Notes: a model not told the origin generated them from the sequence alone. Shown: positions 1 through 13,739, counted from the first letter of the stretch. The stretch: 64,000 bases of DNA from Octopus vulgaris (GCA_951406725.2 OX597818.1:30008001-30072000), one strand, 5' to 3'. Made by a program: numbers and translations.

Positions 1-758
1 TAAGTAGATGCTGGGTCAACTAATAAAAACATAAGAAAAAAAAAGAAGATAATGTAATAAAAACATAACTGGCAGAAAATACAACAATCATATATAAGGT
101 TTGCATCTTCCAAGAACTGAATTATGCATTACAGAAATCTGTGGATTGGTCATAGAAGGGTAATAAAAGACTGATGATAACAATAATTGGACTAAAAAGG
201 AAGTAAAGAAGTAACAGTGCTTGTGTTTTATACAATGAAAATTGACAAATATAACATTATCAAAATGTATCAATATCTTTTAAGACCTACATATATATAT
301 ACACACACATATATATATATACATGTATGTTTATGTGCATATTTTGATAGTATAGTATGGTTGTTTAATGAAATATGGTGTCCCTACCAGCAATTAATAT
401 GTATATACCAATTGCCATGAATGTGTTTATCATGTAAAATTGGTATATGCTGTTAAGCTACATGGCTATATTTGGTAGCTATTTAAATAATGTGTTCATG
501 GATGGTTAAATGGTTGGATGTGATACTGAAGAAAGAGCAAGAACTTTTGAGATATGCATATACACCGTTTAGATTAAATCTCTGCCATCAAGTATACAAG
601 ACAATATATCATTAATAAGAAATCATCATCTAAATTAAATATTATTTCAGTCTTGTTACATCAATGAGGTCTTGGTATTTAGAATTACTTTCTCTATATT
701 TCTGCCAATAAGAGCTGTTAAGTTACTCCAGGTCCTCTAGGTGATTGTTTGCCTTTAG

Positions 759-1990
759 GTGGCTAAGACAACTTCCTGTTTTTATTTTGGTGCAGCAGAC
801 ATTATGCCATTTTTCAAAAATCCCAGAACCCATATCTATATTTTATGAACCATCCCTATCAGATGAAGTAAAAATTTAAATTGAAATTGTTCAAAACTCA
901 GTACAATGTGGAATGAAATATAAGCATAAAATAATAAATAAGCCTTTCTAATATAGGCACAAGGCCTGAAATTGTGGGGCAGGGACTATTCAATTACATC
1001 GACCCCCAGTATTTCACTCATACTTAATTTATTGACCCTGAAAGGATGAAAGGCAAAGTTGACCTCAGCAGAATTTGAACTCAGAACGTAGTGACAGATG
1101 AAATACCTATTTCTTTACTACACACAAGGGGCTAAACTCAGAGAGGACAAACAAGGACAGACAAATGGATTAAGTCGATTATATCGACCCCAGTGCATAA
1201 CTGGATATTTATTTAATCGACTCCGAAAGGATGAAAGGCAAAGTTGACCTCGGCGGAATTTGAACTCAGAACATAGCGGCAGACGAAATACCGCAAAGCA
1301 TTTCGCCGGGCGTGCTAATGTTTCTGCCAGCTCACCACCTTTAGAATAATAAATAATGAAGACAAAATGACAGCTTGCATTTTACATTATATTTCTATAT
1401 TTCAGGATCTATACTGCTTTGTCTTGAGAAAAACAGAGGATGGTGTTGAACTAGAATCTGTTACTCAGATATGTGGTAGGGGGTGAGAATTGTGACATGA
1501 TCAGGGAGGCATAGGCGCAGGAGTGGCTGTGTGGTAAGTAGCTTGCTTACCAACCACATGGTTCCGGGTTCAGTCCCATTGCGTGGCACCTTGGGCAAAT
1601 GTCTTCTACTATAGCGTCGGGCTGACCAAAGCCTTGTGAGTGGATTTGGTAGACGGAAACTGAAAGAAGCCCATCGTATATATGTATATATATATATAAG
1701 TGCATTTGTGTTTGTGTGTCTGTGTTTGTCCCCCTAGCATTGCTTGACAACCGATGCTGGTGTGTTTATGTCCCCGTAACTTAGTGGTTCGGCAAAAGAG
1801 ACCAATAGAATAAGTACTGGGCTTACAAAGAATAAGTCCCAGGGTCGAGTTGCTCGATTAAAGGTGGTGCTCCAGCATGGCTGCAGTCAAATGAATGAAA
1901 CAAGTAAAAGAGATAAAAAGAAAGAGAGGCATAGTTACATTAACCAATCTGATTTCTATCCCCAGTTGGTTTCACTTTTACTTACATTAT

Positions 1991-2050
<60 letters not shown>

Positions 2051-2189
2051 AATGAATGTCACAACCACCACTCTTCCTTCATTTATAATAAATATGCAAC
2101 TTTATGTTTATCATGCATTTGTATAATTATGAGCTTTTTGATCATTTATCTTAAATCTTATTGTTTTGTTTGTAGAAAGAGTTCATTAA
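759..2189 (+). CDS. Candidate last three exons of an unidentified + strand gene (759/796-867, 1406-1475, 2176-2189)
   Basis: AG/GT-bounded, phase-compatible segments join to ...QTLCHFSKIPEPISIFYEPSLSDE|DLYCFVLRKTEDGVELESVTQIC|ERVH*. No recognisable domain. Confidence 0.3.
940..1341 (-). mobile_element. tRNA-head SINE (family 1) with tandemly repeated body module
   Basis: Minus strand has a GTTCAAATTCC B-box-like motif and body gcctttcatcctttcggggtcgat; same family at 9049-9260 and 54926-55152. Confidence 0.8.
1514..1925 (+). mobile_element. tRNA-head SINE (family 2)
   Basis: A-box-like TGGCTGTGTGG, B-box-like GGTTCAGTCCC, internal (TA/TG)n, A-rich tail; near-identical copy at 45729-46105. 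Confidence 0.85.
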
Positions 2190-2473
2190 GTTCTATTCCC
2201 TATTGATCAAAATGTAACTATTGGGATGGTTCCCTTTCTAAAGTTCAACATTTGTAATCCTAATACAATTTCTCAGAAACTACTGTAATGATTTTCTTTT
2301 TACCTTAAGAGATTGATATTTTTTTATCTAAGTTCTATTCCCTATTGATCAAAATGTAACTATTGGGATGGTTCCCTTTCTAAAGTTCAACATTTGTAAT
2401 CCTAGTACAATTTCTCAGAAACTACTGTAATGGTTTTCTTTTTACCTTAAGAAATTGATATTTTTTTATCTAA
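2187..2473. repeat. 142-bp tandem duplication
   Basis: taagttctattccctattgatc... starts at 2187 and again at 2329 with only a few substitutions. Confidence 0.9.
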
Positions 2474-2900
2474 TTTATCTCAAGTGTCTCAAATAGTATA
2501 GAAATTGATAATATTATTTGATAAAGAGTTTTCATTTTCTTTTTCTAATGATGTTTAGAAAAAGTGTTTAACCCTTAAACTGCGGACATCACAAATTAAT
2601 GTTTCTTTTGAGAAGTGTGGACATCATCAACTGATGTACAAGCATCTACTTCATCAAATGTACTTAAGTATGAAAGGCCTTTATCAATGGGAGAAATCTA
2701 GTCATAGATGAAGTATTTATACAGTGATGAAAATGAAGTCTTTTTCTGGAGTGGTTGGGTTCATTTTTAATATTCTCATTGGTGAGAGCAGTCAAATTTA
2801 TTTCAGATATTCTCATTTTCAAAATTACAATATTACTCTTCTTATAACTTTCTCATACCTCTGTTTACATTTTATCTAATATGAATAATATAATATATCT

Positions 2901-2922
2901 AATAATAATAATAATAATAATG

Positions 2923-3002
<80 letters not shown>

Positions 3003-3012
3003 TATAATAATA
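2901..3012. repeat. (AAT)n microsatellite
   Basis: Seen directly; flanks the insertions at 3010-7735. Confidence 0.95.
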
Positions 3013-3520
3013 ACTGATTGGAAGTGTTATCATGTACATTATTTTGTCTTGGTATAAAAAATGGGCTACAGCAAATATTCTGCTCAATACCACAGATTTG
3101 CTTGTCAGTTGTTTGACCTTAACCAGTTGAGCATGTCCCTTAGTGGCTGACAATATGTGCATCTCTGATCACGAGCAGAAGTAGTGGGGGAGCATCATAG
3201 CCATGTGTTGAGAGGGATTCTATGGAGTTTGAATAATTCACCTCTGGAAACATAGGTGTTTCGTTCAACATCCTTAAACAACCCTTATTCAAGGACCTTT
3301 TGAGCGGGATGGGTTACTCGACCAGAAGAAAATTCTAACTGGGCCCCACCTGCAAGATCATGCGCTGTTTATCTTCATATGAGATCACCATGTCGCGCAC
3401 ATATGGTTGTGATGCATGTACCTGGTGTACCCTTATCAGACGGGTAGTCATGATGGGTATACTGGGCTTCGTATATTTTACCCCAGAGTCACTTTGATGG
3501 CATGCACTGCTCTCTCACTC
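3010..3520 (+). mobile_element. Non-coding ~550-bp (TAA)n-inserted element, copy 1 (5' truncated)
   Basis: Highly similar copies at 9288-9840 (-) and 41555-42110 (-); all end ctctctcact[c/t](aat)n and lie in (AAT)n arrays. Confidence 0.8.
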
Positions 3521-3559
<39 letters not shown>

Positions 3560-6500
3560 TTTGATCACAGAGTTCAGCCAACACAAACCTCACCTCGGCT
3601 CTTTAGATGTTAACCAAATATGAAAGTATTATTTGACAGGCAAGAACTCTGGCGTTGAAGACAGCCAGCCAGCCAACGAGACAGACAGACACTACTGTGA
3701 TGGTGATAATGATAAAAAACAAAAATAACAATAATAAGATACTGCTGTGACTACACATAAAACAATATCATTGATGATGATGATGGTGATGGTGATGATG
3801 ATAATGATGATGGTAATGGTGGTGATAATGATGATAGTGATAATAATGGTGATGATAATAACAATAATAAGCCGACTACGGCTGCTATAATGGTACGATT
3901 ATAATTGTAACAGCAATGATGGCCGTCTCCCCACGAGCCAATCAAAGCTCAAAAATGATAACATTATCGTAGCACCAAAATGTTTTTGGAAACTAAAGGG
4001 AAAACTAAATCAGTATACCAAATCGCTTGTCCTATGGTTAATCTGGAAGCGCGTCCCCCAGGGAAGAGCCAGCCTGGGATCGAAAAGTCATCAACTGGCA
4101 CAAACCCTTCTCCAAATACGGACATGGATGGTCACTTGAACGGGAAATCCCCCAACTCGAGCCCTCCAAGTTCACCACCACAACCACCACAGAAAGAAAA
4201 ATGTAAGCGGAACAAATGGACCCGAGAAGAGTATAAAGAAGTAATATATGCTTATTACTATGCATTAGGTAGGCCATCTCAAGAGAGACACACTGCAAAC
4301 TCTTACAGTATATGGAGAACACGGAATCAAGACAGTAGGCCCTATTTGGATGAGAACAAATTGGCAAATGTGAGGAGGGATATCCTTAGAAATAACAGAC
4401 TCACAGACAGTGAAATAAGCGCGATCAAGCACGCAATGGAAAATGACATAAATATAAGACACAAAGGAAATGAAGAATCAGATGAACAGTATAGCCCGCC
4501 ACGAGGCTTAATTGAAAGACTGCCATTTGACCAAAGTACGCAAAGGCCTGAAGATACAAGAAATTCTAGTGTACCTGTTAAAGATAGCCAGGAAAATGAT
4601 AAAACAACAGTAACTGAAGATCTCGCATTTGCTGAAGAACACAGAGAGTCTATGGCAGAAATGAGGCAGAAAATCCTGAATATGCTTGAAGCTGTAAGAC
4701 ATACAAGTATGAATGATAGAGAACCACTTCATAAACTCTCAAATACAAACCAAAATAAAAAACAAATCCAAATTGGCAACTATGTAACAAATGAAATAAT
4801 ACAAGAATTAAAACCTGATTTTACTGAGTTAAATGAAATTATTTACGCTTCTGCTAGGGCAATTGAAACCAGCTGTATGCCCCCGAAAAAAACAAAGAAA
4901 ACCAAACCTGGGAAGAAATCAAACCTAGAGAAGTAAAACTGAAAAAGAGATTGAATTTATGAGAGGGGAAATATCAATATTAAATGAACTAATATGTGGA
5001 AATGATGTAAGATCCAGAACAGGAAGAAAGATGAAGAGAAAATTTGGATCCTCACCAAGAGAAGAACTGATATCAATAAAAGAAACGCTGAAACAAAAAG
5101 TCCAAGCAAAAGCCCAAAGAATACGAAGATTTGAGAAGAGAAACAAGTTTTACAAGCAAAATAAGCTGTTCACATCCAATGCCAAAAAATTCTACAGAGA
5201 AATAGGGAAGGAGAAAGTAACCGTTAAAGACCCCACCTCCCATGGAAGAAGTTCAAAACTTTTGGAAAAGGATTTGGAGTGACAAGAAGACGTACAACAT
5301 AAATGCAGACTGGATTATACAAACTGAAGGATCCTACCAAAATTTACAACAACAAGCATGGGAAGACATCACAATAGCAGACCTAAGAAAGGCACTCACG
5401 AAGGCCCATAATTGGAAATCCCCCGGTAAAGATAGGGTGCCGAATTTCTGGCTCGCATCACTCCCATGCGTACACGGTAAGCTAGTTCAGCTGCTCAATG
5501 GAATTATGAGAGACCCAAAGAAAACACCTGAATGGTTAGCAAGTGGTATTACTTACCTACTCCCAAAGAATAACGAAACCAACCTTCCAAAAAACTATCG
5601 GCCTATAACCTGTCTATCCACCACGTATAAAATTCTAACATCTATCCTGGCGGAGAAAACATATGCATTCATGGAGAAGAACGATATTTTCCCCATTGAA
5701 CAAAAAGGGTGCCACCAAGGCTCATACAGATGCAAAGATCAACTGCTAATTAATCGTATGATCCTTGAGAACTGTCACAACAAGCGCAGAAATCTCAGCT
5801 CCGCATGGATTGACTATAAAAAGGCCTTTGACAATATACCGCATCCATGGATCTTGAGATCGCTGGACATCTTCAAAATTTCCCCTGTGATTTCAAACTT
5901 TCTGAAGCACAATATGTCGTTGTGGAATACAAATCTCCAATTATACCACTCTAATGGAGTACTTGCCTCAGAAAATATAAACATCAACTGTGGAATTTTT
6001 CAAGGTGACTCACTTTCACCTTTAATATTCTGCATAGCCCTAATATGGATGACTTAAAACTCTATGGTAAAGACGATAATGAACTTGAAGGCCTATTGCG
6101 CACTGTGAAAGCATTCAGTGATGACATCGGGATGGAGTTTGGGCTTGAGAAGTGTGCCAAGGCCACTTTCCAGAAAGGGAAAGTGAAGACCACAAATTCA
6201 GTTGTGTTAGATGTTGACACAGTCATAAGAGAGCTTGAGCAAGAACAAACATACAAATATTTAGGGATAAATGAAGGCTCTGGTATTCAGCATGCAAGCA
6301 TGAAAGAAAAGATCAGGAAGGAATGTTATAGGAGAGTTCGTGCAGTCCTGAAATCTGAACTAAATGCACGTAACAAGGTGTTAGCTATATATTCCTTAGC
6401 AGTTCCAGTTGTTACTTATAGCTACAATGTGTTGAACTGGAATATGAGTGAAGTAAAGAATATAGATAGGAAAATACGCAAGCTGCTGAGTTGTAATAGG

Positions 6501-7735
6501 ATGCACCACCCAAAGGCAGATGTAGATCGCCTTTACCTTCCCAGAGCCCAAGGAGGTCGAGGCCTGATCCAATTTGAACTAGCTTACAAAACAACCACAA
6601 TTGGACTGGCCAAATATCTTGAAATAACGAATGACTGGATGCTAAAGCTCATGGAAAATCACGAGAGACGAAAGAAGCTTCATTCTATCATAAAGGAAAG
6701 CAAAAAATTTGCTATTGATCTTGTGCAGGATACCCAAACTGAACAACCCGAGGGAAGTATGGCTACTATTGTTGCAAAGAAGGTGAAAATAATGGCAACG
6801 AAAAAAGCGCACGAGCAATTGGCTGATAGGTGGGAGGAGAAACCTCTGCACGGCAAATATGTGGCCCGCAGCAAACAAGCTGATGTTGACCAGAAGCAAA
6901 CCCATCAGTGGCTACGGAGCTCAGGGCTAAAAGCAGAGAGCGAAGGTTTCATCCTGGCTGCTCAAGATCAAAGCCTATTAACCCGGAACTACCAGGCCAA
7001 TGTGATGAAAAATGGAGCAGACCCAAAATGCCGATTCTGCAACGACATAATTGAAACAGTGGACAACCTAATCTCTGGATGCAAAGTCTTAGCACCAGTG
7101 GAGTATAAATTAAGACATGACAGAGTTGGCCAATATCTACACTGGCTAATAAGTCGGCATTACAATATCAAAACTGCCGACAAGTGGTATAATCACCACC
7201 GTGAGGCTGTAACTGAAGGAGAAAATGTAACCATTCTGTGGGACTTTCCAGTACATACAGACCGAACCATCAAGGCCAATAAACCAGATATTGTTGTGAA
7301 AGATCAAAACAATAAAGTTTGCTTATTGATCGACATGAGCATCCCCTGTGATCATAATATCTCAGCGAAAGAGTTTGACAAGCTCAGAAAATATAAAGAC
7401 CTACTCATTGAAATTGAGAAAATGTGGCATCTCAAGGCAGTTACAATACCAGTGATCGTAGGAGCACTAGGAATGATCAAGAAGGGAACCGAAAATTATA
7501 TGAGAATGATCCCTGGCTTACCATCCCTGCAAGAAGTGCAAAAGATTGTCTTAACTGGTACATCACACGTATTGAGAAGAGCATTGTCGATGTGAGAATT
7601 ATTACTGCCCATGTATTTTAATTTAACTGAAAAAAAAAAAAATGAACGAACTATTGAGATGAGTTTCTTTGCCCTAGGAGTCGGGAAGACACTCAGCAAG
7701 AAATGGAAGCAAATTTAAAAGAAGAAAAAAAAAGT
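3560..7735 (+). mobile_element. Near-full-length R4/Dong-clade non-LTR retrotransposon (RT plus restriction-like endonuclease)
   Basis: (AAT)n on both sides; N-terminal KRNKWTREE motif, RT motifs (NYRPITCL, IDYKKAFD, GIFQGDSLSP, MDDLKL), zinc knuckle CRFC...ETVDNLISGC, RHD and KPDIVV...IDMSIP...KLRKY RLE motifs. Confidence 0.93.
3980..7595 (+). pseudogene. Disrupted single ORF of the Dong-like element
   Basis: Four ORF pieces (3980-4936, 4959-5282, 5242-6057, 6045-7595) joined by frameshifts; the segment between LIFCIALI and (Y)MDD is deleted relative to the related element at 11450-11974. Confidence 0.88.
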
Positions 7736-7923
7736 AATAATAATTCATTATTGTGTACGCTTATAAATGTAAATATGTATGTACATTTAAATGTGGGTAT
7801 ATGTATTTATGAATATTTATATATGTATGCATATGTATATGTATATGTATAAGTATGTAAATGTGTGTGTATTTATTTATATTTATATTTATTTTTATTT
7901 ATATTTATAAATATGTACTTTCT

Positions 7924-8055
7924 AAAATCTCTGACGAAGCCTAGAGAAACACCCAAGTACCTCAATTTCATCTACTAATTACTTCAGTCTACTTGAGGAA
8001 TAAAGGTAGAATGAGGTGTTTTTTCCTCTTGGCTGAAACAGCTGTAAGAAATTTT
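7924..8055 (+). ncRNA. Type I hammerhead ribozyme with long stem II
   Basis: TCT-CTGACGA(7931-37)-AGCCTAGAG...CTCTTGGCT(8026-34)-GAAA-CAGCTG-TA-AGA; palindromic stem III; predicted cleavage after 8046. Confidence 0.8.
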
Positions 8056-8442
8056 CCCAATTTATATTCCTGTATGTTATATTTTAATAATTACTGGTAT
8101 CTTTATATATTAATATATTTTATATGTAAAGCATAATATGTTATACATGTATGTATATTCTTGTAATTGTCATTTTAGTAAATAAATAAATAAATTGGCA
8201 TAATATAATGTCTAAAAGTTGATGAACCACCTATTGATCCCCTCCATTTTCTTATTGCTCTATAAATTAATAGTAAAATATCTCTTTACCCTCACCCATT
8301 TAGTACACTCGGTAATGTAATTGCAATGCAATAAAAGACACTTGTGTATTAATAATTGGGTATTCTACCAGCAGTATATTGGATAGATATTATCCCTTAG
8401 TTGGTTGGATTCACAACCTCTAACTTTCTTGGAATATATATT

Positions 8443-8476
<34 letters not shown>

Positions 8477-8521
8477 TATTATGTATATATATATATATAT
8501 TTGTATATATATATGTATATA

Positions 8522-8787
8522 CCATCATCATCATCTTTAAAACCTGTTTTCCATGCTGGCATGGGTTGGACAGTTTGACTGAGGTCTGGAGAGCCAGCAG
8601 CTGCACCAGGCTCCACTCTGATCTGGCAATATTTCTACAGCTGGATCCCTTCCTGAGAGTGTAGTGGGTGCTTTTTATGTACCACCAGCACAGGAGCCAG
8701 TCTGGTGGGCCTGGCATTGATCCCTTTTGGATGGTACTTTTTAAATGCCACCGGCATGAGAGCTAGTCAGGGGGTACTGGCATTGGT
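8522..8787 (-). mobile_element. RTE 3'-UTR-derived repeat with (GAT)n tail
   Basis: Matches the 3' end of the RTE at 33760-35872. Further copies at 13340-13686 (-), 26523-26625 (-), 28640-29036 (+), 36260-36540 (-), 51890-52150 (-). Confidence 0.8.
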
Positions 8788-9008
8788 CTCTGAATAAAGT
8801 TTGTTTAAGGGTGATGAACAAAACACCCATGTAATAATAATAATAATAATTATTATTATTATCATTGTCATTTACTTTTAATCTGCATGTTTGATGCAAT
8901 CACTTGCCGGGGCACACCCAGCGCTCTAGGGCAAGTGAAGGTTAAGAGTTGTTGAAATATAGCTGAAAGCTTGGGGAGGGGAAGTATTATTATTATTATT
9001 ATTATTAA

Positions 9009-9048
<40 letters not shown>

Positions 9049-9050
<2 letters not shown>

Positions 9051-9260
9051 GGCAGTGAGCTGGCAGAATTGTTAGCACTCCGGGCAAAATGATTAGCAGT
9101 ATTGCTTGTCAGTATGTTCTGAGTTCAAATTCCACCAAGGTCAAGTTTGCCTTTAATCCTTTCGGGGTCAATAAATCAAGCACCAGTTACAAACTGGGGT
9201 CGATGTAATCAACTTAATCCCTTCCCCTAAATTTGAGGCCTTGTACTTCCAGTAGAAAAC
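9049..9260 (+). mobile_element. tRNA-head SINE (family 1)
   Basis: Same head and body as 940-1341. Confidence 0.8.
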
Positions 9261-9287
9261 ATTGTTACTATTATTATTGTTATTATT

Positions 9288-9840
9288 AAGTGAGAGAGCA
9301 GTGCATGCGATCAAAGTGATATTGGGGTAAAATATATGAAACCCAGTATACCCATCATACCTATCATGTCTGATAAGGGTACACCAGGCACATGCAACAC
9401 AACTATATGTGCATGACATGGTGATCTCATATCAAGATAAACAGCATATGACGTTGCAGGTGAGGCCCAGTTAGAATTTTCTTCAAGTCGAGTAGCCCAT
9501 CCTGCTCAAAAGGGCTCTGAATAAGGTTTGTTTAAGGTTGTTGAATGAAACATCCATGTTTCCAGAGGTGAATTATCCAAAGCCCAAAGAATTCTTCTCA
9601 ACACATAGCTATGATGCTTCTCCACTATTTCTGCTCATGATCAGAGATGCACATATTATTTGCTACCATGGGACATACTCAAATGGTTAAGGTAAAACAA
9701 TTGACAAGCAAATCTGTCATATTGAGCAGAATATTTGTTGTAGCCCATCTTTTATACCAAGACAAAACTATATACATGATACAACTTCCAGTCAGTTAAG
9801 ATCAGAAGCCACGAGAGCCACTGTTTGGCATCAGGGCATT
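9288..9840 (-). mobile_element. Non-coding (TAA)n-inserted element, copy 2
   Basis: Reverse complement of 3010-3520 plus a 5' end (gccctgatgc...); flanked by (ATT)n. Confidence 0.82.
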
Positions 9841-9856
9841 ATTATTATTTATTATT

Positions 9857-9966
<110 letters not shown>

Positions 9967-9984
9967 CATTATTATTATTATTAT

Positions 9985-12190
9985 TCCTTTGTAACACAGT
10001 GTATGTAAAAATGCACCGGAGTCTTTAGTCATCTGTCAAGTCCCAACAAGGACCTCAAACAGATAATACTTTCCATAAGATGTGCACTGTGCCCAATAAG
10101 ACTGCTTTTTGCAAGACATCAATCTTGCATGAGATTTCCAGTTACCTTAAGAAGTTTTGAAGCTTCAATGGGATTAAGCCCAGTGCTCCGATCACCAGTG
10201 GTATCACTTTTACATTACCCTCTCGCATTCCATACAGTCATGCCATTTCCACTTTCAATTTGGAGTACTTGGTGATTTTTTCAACTTCTTTACTCACTAC
10301 GTTCATATCATTTGGTATGGCTACATCAATGATCTGACAGTATTTGTCTCTCTTATTCAATATGACAATATTCGGCCAACAGTGTTTGATTACATGATCC
10401 GTCTGAAAATCATAGTCCCAGAGTATCGTTACTTTTCTATCCTCCTGCATAACTTTACTTGGTACATGCTCATACCAATTCTCTGTCACTTCATATTGGT
10501 ATTTACAGCATAAGAGCCAATGAAGATACACACACACTTTATCATGGCGGTGCTTGTATTTTTTTTAGTGCAAGGCTCTCACATCCACTTACCAAGTGGG
10601 TTGCATTTTCCACACTCTTTTCCACAGAGTCTGCATTTCTGGGTGTCAGAAGTTTTATAGATGTTATTTATACTTCACTGAATTGGTAGAGAGATCCTGG
10701 TCTTGTGCAGCAATGATCAGGCTTTCGGTGGCACGCTTCAAATCACCTCACTCAAGCCATGCCCATGATGCTCTATTATCCTTAACGTCTTGTGTATTCC
10801 TTTCAAACTGCCCATGCATTCTCATTTCAAGAAGGTCTTCTTTTCTCTTCTCCTCAGCTCTTTGGTTAAACTCTTCCTTGCCATTCACTTCATCAGCATT
10901 TACACCCATATCTTTTGCAGCATATTGCAGCAGGTCTTCATCACTATTTATCAAATACTTGGCAAGCATTCTCCTTTCACTCCTTATACAATGGTCTATA
11001 CTAATTAGTCCTCTGCCATCATTCTAACTTTTCATATACAATCTGTTTACATTTGCTTTAGGGTGTAGTGCCCCATGCAGCGTCATCAACTTTCTTGACC
11101 TTCTATCCAGTATTGATATTTCCTCCTTAATCCATTTGAGGATGGATACACTATATCTGACCACCACAATTACCCAGATATTCATTGCGGTAATCAAATT
11201 TTTGGCATTCATGTTGGGTTTCACCACCATCTTCACCCTATTTTTGCTGACCTTAACTTTCATTTCTCTGTGTAGAATGTCATCCAGCTCCCAAATCCCT
11301 AAATATCTATACTCACTACCATTGGGTTCACCCATGGTATCTCCTGATGATAACTGCAATATACGACAGGCTACTTTCTTCCCTAATTTCATATTAAATA
11401 CTGAGCATTCAGTAATCCCAAATTCCATACCGATGTCCCCACCACACTTCTAGACTGTTTTGGTTAAGGGATCTATCTGTTTTTCAGATTTCCCAAACAA
11501 TTTCAGGTCATCCATAAACAGAAAATGGTTCAATGATGGGCCTTTCTTCCCACATCGGTATCCCATATTAACTTTCTTAAGTGTCCTTATTATGGGTATT
11601 AGTGCAATTACAAAAAGTAATGGCAAAAACAAGTCACCTTGGAAGATTCCTCTTTTAATACTAACTTCTCCAAGGAATACATTACTTGAGTACAATTTGG
11701 TTTTCCACTCTTTCATGCTATGCATCAGAAAATTTGTGATGTTGTCAGCAATCCCAAACATCTGCATGCATTCGACGATCCAAGGATGAGGCACCATATC
11801 ATATGCCTTCTTAAAGTCAATCCATGCCATAGACATGTTTCTATGATGCTTTTTACAATGCCTCGAAACTGTCTTATTGATGACCAGGTGATATTTGGTA
11901 CTCTGAGAACTCTTCCTACATCCTTTTTGTTCCCTTGGTAGTATTTCTTCCTGTCTTTGCTGCACATATTCCATATCTTATGGGATGGTGGTTTCCCACG
12001 ATATTCCCCTTTCTTCTTTCATTACAAGTGTTGTGCTCCCAGTCACTATCCATGTGGGGACTAAACCTTTCTGGACACACTCATTCAATTGAGCTGCTAG
12101 TCTTTCATGCACCGTGTGGCATCTCTTCAACCAGAAGCCATGAATCCCATCTGGTCCAGGGGCTTTCCAGTTAGGCACTTTATCCACTTA
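9985..12190 (-). mobile_element. 5'-truncated decayed R4/Dong element (second family)
   Basis: ORF pieces 11978-12187 (WKAPGPDGI), 11450-11974 (IDFKKAYD, GIFQGD, FMDDLKL), 11024-11428, 10238-10537 (RLE); 3' end runs into (AAT)n. Confidence 0.9.
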
Positions 12191-12194
12191 TACA

Positions 12195-12740
12195 TTTACA
12201 TCCTTCTGGGCTAGTGGTGCACATTGGCTGGTAATATGCCATACAGTTTCACCATTTTGTCCACAGATTCTGCACTTACCACTTTCTGATGTGTTGTCTA
12301 TTCTGTATTTTATGTAGTTTGTTCTTAGTGCTTGCTCTTGGGCAGCACAGATTAGAGCCTCCGTTTCTGGTTTTAAATCACTTTTAGTCATCCACAGCCA
12401 TCTTTTTTCACTGTCTGTCTTATCTTCAACATCCCTATGAAATTGACCATGCATTCTTTTCTTTACTCACCTATTTTCAGTTTCATTCATTTTCAATTGC
12501 TTGTACAGTACTTTATCTTTGCAATCTTTCATCCATTTAGTTACGACTTAATATTATTCTCAGTCTGCGCAAATACTCCACCTCAAATTTTTCTGTCATT
12601 TCTTTCTCCATCAATTTATCCATTTTCAAAATCTCCAAGTACTTATAGCCTGTCTCTTCTATCTGCTTCATAACCTCCCCTGACGGTATCATTAGCTCAT
12701 CCATACATTTGATTTTTCCTCTCTTTAAAACTAACATACC
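12195..12740 (-). mobile_element. R4/Dong fragment (RT end and zinc knuckle)
   Basis: YKYLEI; HGQF...ETEALICAAQEQAL...CRICGQNGETVWHITSQC. Confidence 0.85.
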
Positions 12741-12741
12741 A

Positions 12742-12822
<81 letters not shown>

Positions 12823-12825
12823 GAT

Positions 12826-13030
12826 TGCCTTTGCACAGCTTCTAATGCTGGAGATGTACTACAGTGTCAGCTATTCACTACTAGTGAACTTAAGTAACAC
12901 CTCTTGTTTTTCGAGCACCTTCTGGAGTATTTGAGCAGTTCCAAACAGTGCTGTTTTCTGCAAGTGCTCCACCCTTATTGCAGCCCCTATTTGTTCCATG
13001 TACTTCTTGAGATTTTTGCTCACTGTTCCC
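12826..13030 (-). mobile_element. R4/Dong 3'-end fragment
   Basis: Encodes ...EQIGAAIRVEHLQKTALLGTA-type C-terminus plus 3' UTR ending in (AAT)n; same family at 43468-43642. Confidence 0.8.
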
Positions 13031-13684
13031 ATTACTTAAAACAGTTTTATTCAGCCCCATGTGAATTAGGGTTTCATAAGATTTTTAGAGAGAGATAGCT
13101 GGAGAGAAGCAGGAAGACCAAGACAGTTACCAAAATCTGGGCTGCTAGTGGTCAATGCAGACTACATGGTATTGTAAGAAGTGAGATTGACATTCTAGGA
13201 CACTAGATACATTAAAAAAGAGAATTTCTTGGATTGTGTGGCTGCACAAGTAGCTGGTGGTGTCTTGCTATCTGGCCAGTCATCATATATATATGTGCAT
13301 ACACACACACACACACACATACACATATTGTCAGCCTATATCATCATCATCACTGTTTAACGTCTGTTTTCCATGCTGGCATGGGTTGGACGGTTTGACT
13401 GGGGTCTGGGAAGCCAAAAGGCTGTACCAGGCTCCAGTCTGATCTGGCAGTGCTTCTACTGCTGGATGCTCTTCCTAACGCTAACCACTCTGAGAATATA
13501 GTGGGTGCTTTTTATGTACTACTGGCAAAGGGGCCAGAGGAGGCTGGCAATGACCATGATCAGTTGGTGTTTTTTACGTGCCCCCAGCACAGAAGCCAGT
13601 CAAGGTGGCGCTGGCATCGGCCATGTTTGAATGGTGCTTTTTAAGTGCCATTGTCACAAGGATCACTACTACAATTTCCATTTG

Positions 13685-13736
<52 letters not shown>

Positions 13737-13739
<3 letters not shown>

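Noticed and set aside
1514-1590. tRNA gene
   Set aside because: It is the tRNA-derived head of a SINE; no complete cloverleaf.
3560-4120. HDV-like ribozyme at the Dong 5' end
   Set aside because: I could not build the nested double pseudoknot by eye; a descriptor search would be needed.
2568-8945. Possible piggyBac ends (TTAA-ccctt ... aagg-TTAA) enclosing the nested insertions
   Set aside because: The terminal match is too short and no transposase remnant was seen.
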